64,000 nt of DNA from Octopus bimaculoides (GCF_001194135.2 NC_068986.1:87317463-87381462), one strand, 5' to 3'. Shown: positions 13,056 through 24,884, counted from the first letter of the stretch. Notes: a model not told the origin generated them from the sequence alone. Translations and numbers: made by a program.

Positions 13056-13539
13056 CTCGAAATTGATGATAGCCCCATATATATATATATATATATATAN
13101 NNNNNNNNNNNNNNNNNNNNNNNNNNNNNNNNNNNNNNNNNNNNNNNNNNNNNNNNNNNNNNNNNNNNNNNNNNNNNNNNNNNNNNNNNNNNNNNNNNNN
13201 ATATTATTATCATTATTATATATTATAGATAGATAGATAGATAGATAGATAGACAGATGTGTATATATTTGTTTTTTGGGTTTTTTTTTTCTTTCTTGTG
13301 CCCAAGCACCGTTTCACAACCGTTATTGGTATTTTCATGAAATCTAGGTGTGTGTTTGATTTGTCATTACCACCTTTGTAGGTTCAAACGTTCCGAAACT
13401 CCTTGATCGCGGAGAACAATAAAGATAAATAAATTTAAAAAAAAAAGATTAAATGCCAGAAATTAATCGTGGAAAATATCTGCCAAGTGGAACTCTGTGA
13501 AACGTGACTATTCACAGCGAACAATAACAGCAACAACTA

Positions 13540-14450
13540 CCATATTATGCTTAAGATGATGGTGATAACGAGATCAATAAAAAACGAATATAATGACAAT
13601 AACGATAATGAATTTCTTAATAGCGATAATAATAATAACAATATTATTGAAAGTAGTAGTAGTGGTAGTAGTCGCAGCAGCAATAATGGTGGTGCTAGTA
13701 ATGTAGTATCAATGACAGCTAGTAATAATAACAATAATAATAACACCAATTGAAAATAGATGACGACGACGACGATGATGATGATGTTAATAATAATCTC
13801 ATTTATGATCCTTTCCTGTTCCTCAATCTTAGGTTTTGCATGAAGCATAAAAATAATAAACTGGAAAAAAAATAACGAAAAGAAAGAAAAAAATTATACG
13901 TAAAACACAACTATTATTGAACACAAAAGACACTCGCTTGGTGTCCATTTCGCTTTACAATCATCAGCATCTTCATCATCATCATTGTCGTCATTACCAT
14001 CATCATCATCATTGTCGTCGTTGTCCCTGCTACGATCTACGCCATCAGTGGCTAGCACTATAGCTGACAGCGCCGCTACTAACACAATCGTGTCCATTAT
14101 TACTAGTATGTGTACCATCACCATTAACGACAGCAAACGTTATCCATATCATCATCATCATCATCACCATCATCAGTAGCAGCAGCAGCAATATCATCAC
14201 CGTCATCATTATAATTATCATCGACATCACAGTTATCATAATCGCGACCACCATCATCGTCATCATCAGTAGGACTACCACCGACGCCATCATAACAACA
14301 CCATTATCATCATCACCACCACCACCGCGGCCATCGTCATATTCACAATCATAATCACCGCCATTATTGTCATCGCCATCATCAGCATTATCAACACTAC
14401 CACAGTCGTCACCACGGCCGCAGTCACCACAGCCACCAACAGCATCACTA
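13540..14450. repeat. Imperfect trinucleotide mosaic ((AAT)/(GAT)/(CAT)/(CAC)/(AGT))n
   Basis: Direct reading. Similar tracts at 28230-28520, 31340-31450, 35350-35550 and 58920-59730. Confidence 0.85.
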
Positions 14451-15097
14451 TTGACTATTGTTTAAGAGTGCATTTCGCATTGTTATTATTTTCTAAATCT
14501 TTTTTTTCTCTTTCTTTCTTTCGTTTTCATGTTTCCGATAGTGAGGACGGTGTCAATAATGGCGATGTTGTCGATTTGTTATTAAGAAAATGAAAATTTA
14601 ACCTTCCATTGTCACCTCTGCCGCCATTTACTTCCACTCCTATCCTCACCTTTTCTCTCCTTGTCACTCACTACCTCGCATCCCTTGTTTATCTCACTTC
14701 TCTCCCTCACTTCTGTGTCTCTCTCAGCCTGTCTGTATATCTTTCTCTCTGTCTCTTTCCCTTTCTCTTCTCTCTCTTTCATCCGATGTGCATATTGCTT
14801 GATTTTTCCCTACGGGATGTAGATAGCACTGAGCTACAGCATCAATGAATGAAAGAGAAGATACGTTACTCTCTCTCTCTTTCTCGCTTGTGTGTGTGTA
14901 TGTATTATTGTAGGCGTTGTTTTTTTTTTTTAGCATTATTGACGAGCCATCCTATATACGTATTTATTTATTGCCAATTGTGATATGTGGTGGGGTTTAA
15001 TTATAAAAGATATGAGTTGAAGGTTGGATCGGAAGTGGTGAACGAAGAAAAGACACTCACACATCACNNNNNNNNNNATATATATATATATATATAT

Positions 15098-15231
15098 ATA
15101 GTTGAAATTTAAAGGAAAACAAAAAGACGAAGACAGGTGTATTAACAATAAGCAAGTGTTTAGTAAGACGCTCGGGAAGGTGAGAGAGTCTTTTACATTT
15201 CGAGCCGACGCTCTTCAACAGAAAGGAACAC
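15098..15231 (-). repeat. ~130 bp dispersed repeat with a hammerhead-like core, copy 2 (inverted)
   Basis: Reverse complement GTGTTCCTTTCTGTTGAAGAGCGTCGGCTCGAAATGTAAAAGACT...TTTCAACTAT matches 10839-10970. Confidence 0.85.
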
Positions 15232-16640
15232 TGCAACTACTACTACTATTGTAATCCTTGTTATTATCGTCATTGTCCTGGCCATCATCTATTTTATTTC
15301 ATGCACTGTCATTTTCATTCTGTCTATAAAACGTCAAAATCAATTTCATCAGACCAAACTACGTTTCACACACACACAGACACACACAATCTGCTGAGAC
15401 GTGCTGTTACTAAATTACGACATTAATACCAATATAACTATTATTATCATTGTTATTAATATCAGGATATCATCATCATCATTATTATCATTGTTGTCGT
15501 CTTCATTCTTTATGTAAAAGCATCACCGCTATTAAAATGTCATCGTAATGTCTTCTATTCGTCACCATCGGAGAAATAAAAAATAATTATTAATATCATG
15601 CTTATTATTATTATAATTATTATTATGATTATTATTAATACTATTATTAATATTATTATTATCATTAGTATTACTACTACTACTTCTACTACCACCCTCG
15701 TCTTCTTGTTTCTGTTGCTATTATGTGCAACCTGGATTGCGAATTGGCAAGCAGTGACAAAGATTCACAAAAGAGCTAGATGGAACAGCTGCAGTAGTTG
15801 GAACAGGCTGTCATGCCATTTGCCTCAGGGCTTGTCAGGTGCCAAGACAGACCCAGACAGGTGTGTGCATGCTCCTTTCTTTTACATGCTTGTGCGAGTA
15901 TTCATATGTGTGTATATATATATTTTTTGTTACTTTTGTCTATGTTCCCTATACCAGATAATTTAATACGAGATCGAAAAATGACCCACCTTATCTATCG
16001 ATGCATTAGCTTATACATAAGCATATATATATATATATATATGTGTGTGTGTAAAATGTGACGAAGGATGCAAAGAGCAACAGTAGGCAGAGAAGCACAT
16101 TTTCTATTTATTGACAGGGAACACAACCTCCCCAACTCCTATTTCTAACAATACTGAAGCTCCCTGTAGCGTCACATTTTAGTGACGGTGAATTATTTCC
16201 TTTTCGATTTCGAACTGCGTCCAACTACCTCAATTATATATATATATANNNNNNNNNNNNNNNNNNNNNNNNNNNNNNNNNNNNNNNNNNNNNNNNNNNN
16301 NNNNNNNNNNNNNNNNNNNNNNNNNNNNNNNNNNNNNNNNNNNNNNNNNNNNNNNNNNNNNNNNNNNNNNNNNNNNNNNNNNNNNNNNNNNNNNNNNNNN
16401 NNNNNNNNNNNNNNNNNNNNNNNNNNNNNNNNNNNNNNNNNNNNNNNNNNNNNNNNNNNNNNNNNNNNNNNNNNNNNNNNNNNNNNNNNNNNNNNNNNNN
16501 NNNNNNNNNNNNNATAAGGTATAAGACATGAAGTACATAAAATAACTAATGGTGTACTTGGGTCATTTTTCGATTTCATGTTAAATTACCAGCTATAGGG
16601 AACATAGGCAGAAGTAACAAAACGATATATATGAATACAT

Positions 16641-16686
<46 letters not shown>

Positions 16687-16938
16687 ACTAGTGCTAATAT
16701 TTCGTTTAGGCATTACGATATTACTAACCTGGTGTAGAACTAAAAAATTCGTGCTGTTTGGAACGAAACGTTAGTCGGGTATAGAGCGGCAGTAAGATAA
16801 CAGATGCCAGAGGAATAACCGAACGTCATAAGTTTACAGCTTTTTCCACTGTTGGATAAACTGGACTCATAGTTGATTGCTTGAGTAACAGCTTACAATT
16901 TGGTTATTCCTTTGACATTTTGCTTTTTCTCTCTCTCT

Positions 16939-16987
<49 letters not shown>

Positions 16988-17068
16988 CGACAGATAGACA
17001 GATATGTATATATGTATGCATGTACGTATGTTTGTAGGTATATATAGATGTGTATTTATGATTATACG

Positions 17069-17114
<46 letters not shown>

Positions 17115-17408
17115 NNNNNNNNNNNNNNNNNNNNNNNNNNNNNNNNNNNNNNNNNNNNNNNNNNNNNNNNNNNNNNNNNNNNNNNNNNNNNNNNNNNNNN
17201 NNNNNNNNNNNNNNNNNNNNNNNNNNNNNNNNNNNNNNNNNNNNNNNNNNNNNNNNNNNNNNNNNNNNNNNNNNNNNNNNNNNNNNNNNNNNNNNNNNNN
17301 NNNNNNNNNNNNNNNNNNNNNNNNNNNNNNNNNNNNNNNNNNNNNNNNNNNNNNNNNNNNNNNNNNNNNATATACATCTGTGTGTATACATATGGTCGCA
17401 CACACATG

Positions 17409-17439
<31 letters not shown>

Positions 17440-18274
17440 ATACACACATACATTCACAAACGTATAGCATGCAAGCATGTTTCTTTGTTAGTGTCAATGT
17501 ATTGTAGGTTACAAATTAGACACAAATATATGATGCTGACAAGCGCGCGCGCACACACAGTCACACACACACACACACACACACACAAGCATAGACAGAC
17601 ATACACACGTACGATAGAATGAAGGCCACACAAAAATACATTGGAAAAACATGCCTGTGAGCATGGTAAATAAGATTGAAACATAATCTGGTATGATGTT
17701 GTTTTAGGTGATATATCTTGCGATGTTATGCCAGGTGAGATCCCGAGAGATATTGTGCCAAGCCTGAATCTCTAAACTTATTGTGCAAAGTGATATCCTT
17801 TTCTCCATGCTATCATTTTCCGATGAATAAACAATAATAAATGGGCAATATATATTGAGTCAGAACAGAAATGACACGTAGATATTTACACATTTATATA
17901 GAGACGACATAACTCAGTCGGCATAACATAAATAACCAGAGCATGCACACACACACACATACACACACAAAAGCACGTACGGGACTACATGCTCATAATG
18001 GATTTATCCATTGGACTATATGACACGCAGGAGCACCGCTTTCAAATGTTTCAATAAATAATATAACCAGCTCACCAACCCATCTCTTAATATTTGTTTA
18101 AAATATATATTTTATCGAGATTTTGTTGAACCGCTACGTTACGAGACATAATGACATACAACTTAGATATCATTGCTCTTTAAGTCCAGCGTAAATATTA
18201 TAAATACAAACGCACACACACGCGGGGATTACAACGGACTCATGCAGATATATACATTCTTGTTTTTCTATTTC

Positions 18275-18400
18275 TTTCTCCTTTACTTGTTTCAATCATT
18301 TGACTGGGGCCGTGCTGGAGCACTGTGTTAAAGTCGAAGAAATTGCACCCAGGATTTATTCTTTGTAAGTCTAGTATTTATTCTATCTGTCTCACAATCA
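18275..18400 (-). mobile_element. SINE family B 3' fragment
   Basis: TTTACTTGTTTCAATCATTTGACTGGGGCCGTGCTGGAGCAC...CAGGATTTATTCTTTGTAAG. Confidence 0.7.
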
Positions 18401-18419
18401 GAATTGTGTCTCCTTTACG

Positions 18420-18720
18420 TTTCATTATTCTGTGTTAGTAACAGAGTTTGTGGAGAAGAGTTTGAATCCTCTCCTTCGTCTAGTCTCCAGTTCAAATTCT
18501 ACAACGTCGGAAGCCTTTTTTTAATTTTCATCCTTGTCAATATATACTACTTTTTCCATACATTATATTTCTTTAACCCGAAATTAGAGTAATCCCATCT
18601 TCTCGGTGGTATTTCTCCAATAGATGTGACGGGGATTTTTATCAAGGAAAGAAACCTACTTATTAATTACAACACTTACCATTATCTTCAGTTGAGAACT
18701 TTATTCACATGCCCTGTTTT
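18420..18720 (-). mobile_element. Possible decayed Penelope-like RT C-terminal relic
   Basis: Broken frames IKFSTEDNGK..VSFLD..GLL*F..SDVVEFELE resemble PLE IKFT.E...SFLD / G.LLNF / CSD...F..EL. Confidence 0.35.
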
Positions 18721-19307
18721 ACTAAAAGAAATGTTCTAAATCGATTTCTGAGAACTCTTATTTGTGCTGATTTCATATTGTGCCATACAAAATTCAAATC
18801 TCCAAATTTCGGTTTTAAGGAAACGAAGGACTCAATCTTTGGACAAGTGCTTGCACAAGAAAAAGAACTAAAGAAAGTTGGTTGTTAGTAAAATTGCGAT
18901 TAAAAACAAACAAAACAAAATAACAAAAAACAAAAGAAACATATTTATCAGACACCATGGAAGCATTTTTCACATTTTTAATTTCCTTTAAGAAACGGAA
19001 GTAGATCCATTGCTTTATGGGAGATTTAAATTTGTCGAAGCTTCGGTTATCTTTATAGTAATACGTAAATATATTTTTTTATAAAATCATATGTATATCT
19101 AACTATTTATATGTATGCAGGTACCTAACGCACACAAAACTTACGTTTTGTTGCTTGTCTGCAGGTTATACTATGTGTTATTATAAATGTTATGTTGCAT
19201 TTGTGTTGCTTTCGTGCAAAGCAAAACCATTCTCAATAACAGTAGAAGGAGTAGCAGCAGCAGTTCCGGTAACGTGTATTGTTGCTCCCATTATTTTCTT
19301 CTTGTTT

Positions 19308-19338
<31 letters not shown>

Positions 19339-19621
19339 CAATGAAGGTAAAACTTCTCGAATGCTCTATGTGCTGCTGGATCTGGAAGTGTTAGAGGATG
19401 ATGGTTTGAACATATGGTTTATTTCAGGGATGGAGGGAACATTTATAAGAGAAATAATAATGAGTCTTATCAATACTAACGGGGAGATGGTAGACCGGGA
19501 CTGGAGTGATATTATGTGCAGAACAAAGAGATTGCACTGGAACAGAACGAAGACACAGACACACACACACACGCATTAACAAGAACATTATAATAATTAT
19601 AATAATTATTTTTTCTACTCT

Positions 19622-19823
19622 AAGCCTAAAGCTTGAAATTTAGGGGGACGGGGTTAGTAGATTTCATCGATCCCAGTGCTCAATTGCTGATTTTTTTTAT
19701 CACCCCAAAATAATGAAACACAAAGCAGACCACAGCGGAATCTGAACTCAGAACATAAAGACGGACGAAATGACGCTAAGCCTTTCGCTCAGCATGCTGA
19801 GGACTCTGCTATTTGACTGCCTT
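19622..19823 (-). mobile_element. SINE family A copy
   Basis: Reverse complement matches family A (GAACTCAGAAC, GACGGACGAAAT, GCTAAGC). Confidence 0.7.
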
Positions 19824-19844
19824 AATAACAACAGCAACAACAAA

Positions 19845-20050
19845 ATAATGGTTTCGAATTCTGCACAGAACGAGCAATTTAAGTGGAAAGATAGTATGTG
19901 AATCACATTAACTTGAATGTTCAGTTAGTACTTATATTATCGACCGCGAAAGGATGAATGACAAAGTCGACCTCCGTAGGACAAGAATTCAGAACGTAAA
20001 GAACAACAAGAAATTATAGCACAGAATTGTTTCCGTCGATAATCTAATGA
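19845..20050 (-). mobile_element. SINE family A copy, degraded, tandem to the previous copy
   Basis: TTATCGACCGCGAAAGGATGAATGACAAAGTCGACCTC core. Confidence 0.65.
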
Positions 20051-20640
20051 TTCTACGAACAATAATAATAGCAACAACACTCATGGTACGATGTTCAAAT
20101 ACTTGTAACAAGTTTTTAAAGTTTGGCGGACTTTACTCCGAGTTTTTGCATCGCCCCATCAAGAGTTCGACATTCACAAGTTGTGCAGCCAATCTAATCG
20201 CAGTCATGGTTGCGTGGTTAAGACCTTCACCCCTCGGCCAGCTATGAGGTCCCAAGTTCCGTCCCAATGCATATCACTTTTGATAGGAGTGTTCTTTACA
20301 TTAGTTTCAGAAAAGCATTGTTTGTTGAAGTTGCATATGCAATCCGTGTAGAAACCTCTCATATACATATATATGCATATCTATCTATCTATCTATCTAT
20401 CTATCTACATACATACATATACAGAAACAGTGAAGATCTATCTATGACCAAAATGTAATCACCTTCAAACTGAGATGCATGATAAAATAAATGACATCTT
20501 AAATTTCAATTTGAAATACCATACAGGAAAACTCAGGGTACAGATAAAAACTCGAAACACGAACCGGTTGTATTATTATGAATTACGTTTAACAGAAAAG
20601 CTGTCACCTCCATACATACACGCTCACACATATATGCATG

Positions 20641-20674
<34 letters not shown>

Positions 20675-20710
20675 CATACACACACACATATATATACACA
20701 CGCAAACACG

Positions 20711-20866
20711 CGCAGGCGTGACTTTGTAAGAAGATTGCTTCTCAACCACATGGTTTCGGGTTCACTCCCACTGCGTGGCACCTTGGGCAAGTGTCTTCTA
20801 CTATAGCCTCGGGACGACCAAAGTCTTGTAAGTGGATTTGGTAAAAGGAAACTGAAAGAAGCCCGT

Positions 20867-20909
<43 letters not shown>

Positions 20910-21090
20910 TTATTATATGTGAGTGTGTTTGTCCCCCATGCCAATAAGTTAATGGTTCGGCATTTGAGACCGATAGAATAACTACCAGGCTTACAAAGAA
21001 TAAGTCCTGAGGTCGGTTTGATCGACTAAAGCCAGTGCTCTAGTATGGCCGAAGTCAAATGTGCGAAACAAATAAAACAAATAAAAGAAT
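20711..21090 (+). mobile_element. SINE family B copy, full length
   Basis: CCACTGCGTGGCACCTTGGGCAAGTGTCTTCTACTATAGCCTCGGG, internal (TA)n, tail GAATAAGTCCTGAGGTCG...GTCAAATG. Confidence 0.88.
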
Positions 21091-22746
21091 TATTTCATTG
21101 CAAGAGTGCAATGAAATAATTTAACAAAAAACTATATAAATTAATAAAGGACTGAACCAGTGCGTGTGTTTATTACCGGCATAATGCCTCTCCCAAGGTT
21201 TAATTGTAAATAAAAGAACATGTATACATATAAAAAGGTCCGTCCTAAATAAAGACGCTGAGTAAGAGTCTTACGATCCAACAGTCCCCGCCCGCACAGA
21301 AACATCTGTTGGGCTCTTAAAACTCTTGCTTTACCCCTTTATTCTGTGCGAGACGGACTTTTTATATGTATACATATATGTCCACTTTATGTGTTAATAA
21401 TTTTTGTATATCGACTTGCCTAACTTGCTTGTCCTTACATTTGCTCCTCTACCCGCTCTTGAGCAGTTCGAAGTGTATTCCATACAGAGAATACTTGTCT
21501 CGAATGTATATATATATATATATATTACTAATTCGAAGTTGACGTTGACGATCATCAGACGAAATGCGAATTATGTTCATATATACACAAAATACCTTAT
21601 ACGGGGAACAGCTTTTAATTCAAGCGTGTTATATCCAAAACATGACAATGTTCTAAATTATTATTATTATTATCATTATTATTATTATTTATTTATTTAC
21701 TTTGTGAGTGTCTGTCTGTGTCATTTTTTAAATCTTAGTATAAAATCCTCGCAGTTTGAAATAATAAATTTCCTACATATTACCGATGTTTCCAGATTCT
21801 CTCATTGGGTGCCTTCATCAGGTAATAAATGTTCATCAGGCATCTGTATTACCACTTTTACAATCAATGACTAATTTATGCAGACTGTACAGCCAAAAGT
21901 TGTCTATTAGAGTTCCACGCCATCACGCATGTATTTTGGTCATTAGAATTACACCTCATTAGTAACCTTTTATCTTGTATCTGACGAGTGTAAACTTTAG
22001 TTCTTTTGTTATAATATATATGTATTGCATTATAAATTCTATATATCTGTAGGGAACTCTATTTAGTATAGATGTATTATCGGTTGATATTTTCTATAGA
22101 TAAATATTGAAGCAAAGTGGAAAGGTCTTACACAATGATACGAAAAACAAAAAAGACCCATATAAGAAAAGATTAATTTGGAGCATAGTCGCGTTTTCAA
22201 TAACACATCTCTCTCATAACCTCACACACACTTACACACATGCGGGCGCACACACACACAAACACAATATTTGCATATACAAGTTGAAAAATGAAAATGT
22301 ACAATGGTGTAAATTGCTCAACCAATAAACAACACTTCATGCGGTTGCTTTCAAATCTCATCTTAAATTGATTTCATACAACTTTTATTAAGCAATTTCG
22401 AAATCATTGTGTGCGTGCATGTGTAATCACGCATATTACACAAAGAGCTCATATTGATATATCTTCATCGATAAAGTAAACCCGGGGTGGTGGTACAATT
22501 AATATGAAAAGAAAAGAGGAACAGCTTGTAACACACACACATACATGTATATTATAAACATATGTTGTCTAATGATTCAAGTATCTTCTCATACTTTGGC
22601 CACAAATGTCGTTGGTTTTACTTGATTCAGGAATCACTTGTTATACATAACCCGACATAAGGCCCAGTGGTGGCCGCCTAAGGTGCATTTCATAAGACAT
22701 ACCACAAACAAAATATTGAATAGAGAGAAAGGAGAGGTGTACTTAC

Positions 22747-24810
22747 CGTGATAAGGAGAGTATTCCATTGAAGTAGTGTGTGATGATGGCAAGGATGTGA
22801 GGTTTGTATGTAACTGAGTACTTTCATGAGTTTCCTGGTGCGGATGTAAATGATGTATTACGGACGACACAATTGGTGTTGTACTGTGGTGATGATGATG
22901 ATGATGGTTATGGTGATGGCTACCACTGCCTGCACTGCTGCTTATAACACTGCTACCTCCAGTCACACAACCAACCACGTTGCTGTTTATGATGCTATTG
23001 TTGCCACTACTACTACTGCTAATGCTGTTGTTACTACTACAGATTTGATGTCCACTAGGTGGCAGTGCATGACACTGAGTCTGTATGCCGCCGGCCTGGT
23101 TGAGGACCGCCGTTGTGTGCCGTATTGCAGTGGTGGCCACAACTTCAAGCGAATTCGCTAAACTGCCAGCAACAGCAGGAGATGCACTATCCAATATCGA
23201 ACCCTGCTGCTGACCCGTCGCAGACGGGACAACAACCCCAACGCTACTACCACCAATACCAACACCAACACCACCGTTACCACCGAGTCCACCATTAATG
23301 CTGCCACCGCCGCTAACAATAGAAGACGGGAGAGCCGTCGAAAGAAGACCTGATGAGGTATTTACTACTGGTGGGTTCAAAGATGAGGGGCCATTCAACA
23401 AATGCAGCCCAGCTGCAGCAGCGGTGGGGCCCGAACCGAGACTCGATGCAAAAGCCATGAAACGTTCTTCAAACATGTTGACACATTGAATGAAAGCGTT
23501 GGCCTGTTGATGGAGGCCATAAATAGAAGCGCGCAAGGAAGCCATATCAGTGGCGGTGACGGCGGCAGAAGCTGCTGCCGCTGCTGCTGCTGCCGCTGCC
23601 ACAGCGCTGTTCGTTTCGGCAAACTGCGCAACCGCCGCTCTGGTCTCGGGCAGGGGTTCAATAATAACATTGCCTCCAGTACTGGCGCCGTTTATAAGGT
23701 TTGACGAATAAGGATGAAGTGGAAAGTGAGGTAGTTGAGGGTTTGATTCCGAGAGATATTTCCGTCCTTCGTCAAGGTGTAAAAACTCGCTGCCGTTTAT
23801 ATCATAGTTGCTGGCATCTTTCTCGACCCCATTTAGTAATAAGGGGTTGTACTTGTCCGAACATTGTTCTGGTGACATCCTCAGGCTGTTGGTTGCACCA
23901 ACACTGGCACTATTAGCAAGAGAGTGGTGGAGATGATGGTGATGATGATGATGGGGATGTAAATGATATAGATGATGGCTGTTACTGAAGCTGCTGTGGA
24001 AGCTGTTGCTGCTGATGATGCTGCTGTTGCTGTTGATGATGCTGCTGTTGTTATTATTGTTAGAATTGCTGCTGACAAGGTTGTGATCGCCGTCGTCAAT
24101 ATCGTCGTCGACGTCGTTGTCATTGTTGTTGTTGTTGTTGTTGTTGTTGCTGCTGCTGCTGTTGTTGATGAGGTTGTTCTCACTTTCGCTGTTGTTGGGG
24201 TTGTTGCTGTTGTCGATGACGTTTTCATCGTCATCGTCGTCATTCATAACGTCTTCGTCATCTTCGTCATCGATGATATCGTCGTCTTCACCTCCACCGC
24301 CGCCGCCTCCACCACCACCACCACCACCGTCGCCGCCGCCACCTCCTCCTCCTCCTCCGCCGCCGTCACCGCCGCCTTCGTCAACGTCGTCCTCATCAAC
24401 GTCATCGCCGCCGTCATCATCATCATCGTCAACATCATCCATCTCTTCATCAACGATATCATCAGCGTCTCTGTGATTTATCTTACCGTCGAGATTGAGC
24501 TGTAGAAAAAAAGGAGCAGAGGACGTAGCGTCTATTGAGTCCGTGATACTTTTAAGGGCTACTTCCGTTGAGTTTGTAAAATTTTCGGATTCATGAAGAG
24601 TAAGTGTGTAAGGGGATTGTGTTTGAAAGTCGCCATCTGGATCTACTTCAGAAGAACAAACATCATCCTGCTGTTCAGTTTGTTGCTGTGGAAGATGTGT
24701 GCAGGATTTTTTGTGTGCAAGAAATTCTGCCAAATCGAGAAATTCTTCCTTGCATTTGCCACAAACATGGGCATCACCACTGGCCCGCTTGGGAGACGAA
24801 GCAGACTGAC
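22747..24810 (-). CDS. sall: Large internal coding exon of a spalt/Sal-like (SALL) zinc-finger transcription factor; partial gene
   Basis: Acceptor TTTCTTTTCTTTTTTATCTTCTGTAG|GT at 24811/24810 and donor CACG|GTAAGT at 22747/22746. Length is 2064 bp (multiple of 3), with no stop in the frame of ORF 22634..24733. Translation starts (G)QSASSPKRASGDAHVCGKCKEEFLDLAEFLAHKKSC, matching the SALL ZF1 C2HC finger (human SALL1 [25 protein letters not shown], from memory). It also contains NVIIEPLPETRAAVAQF (SALL1 NVIIENLQSTKVAVAQF, from memory). A phase-1 intron just before ZF1 matches the SALL exon1/exon2 boundary. Confidence 0.88.
23438..23671 (-). other. SALL conserved motif (NVIIE...VAQF, 23621-23671) plus divergent Q-rich-equivalent helix (23438-23548), separated by poly-Ala
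   Basis: Direct translation. The order motif-linker-helix matches the SALL family layout. Confidence 0.75.
24701..24775 (-). other. C2HC zinc finger (SALL ZF1) within the sall exon
   Basis: DAHVCGKCKEEFLDLAEFLAHKKSC has C-x2-C-x12-H-x3-C spacing. Confidence 0.85.
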
Positions 24811-24884
24811 CTACAGAAGATAAAAAAGAAAAGAAACAAAATTAGAAAATTTATATAAACATGAAATTTTAACTAAAAATATTG

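Noticed and set aside
22850-24858. Plus-strand and alternative-frame ORFs overlapping the sall exon (e.g. 23972..24505, 24117..24476, 23402..23704)
   Set aside because: Shadow ORFs from stop-poor trinucleotide repeats on the antisense of a real exon; no domain signal.
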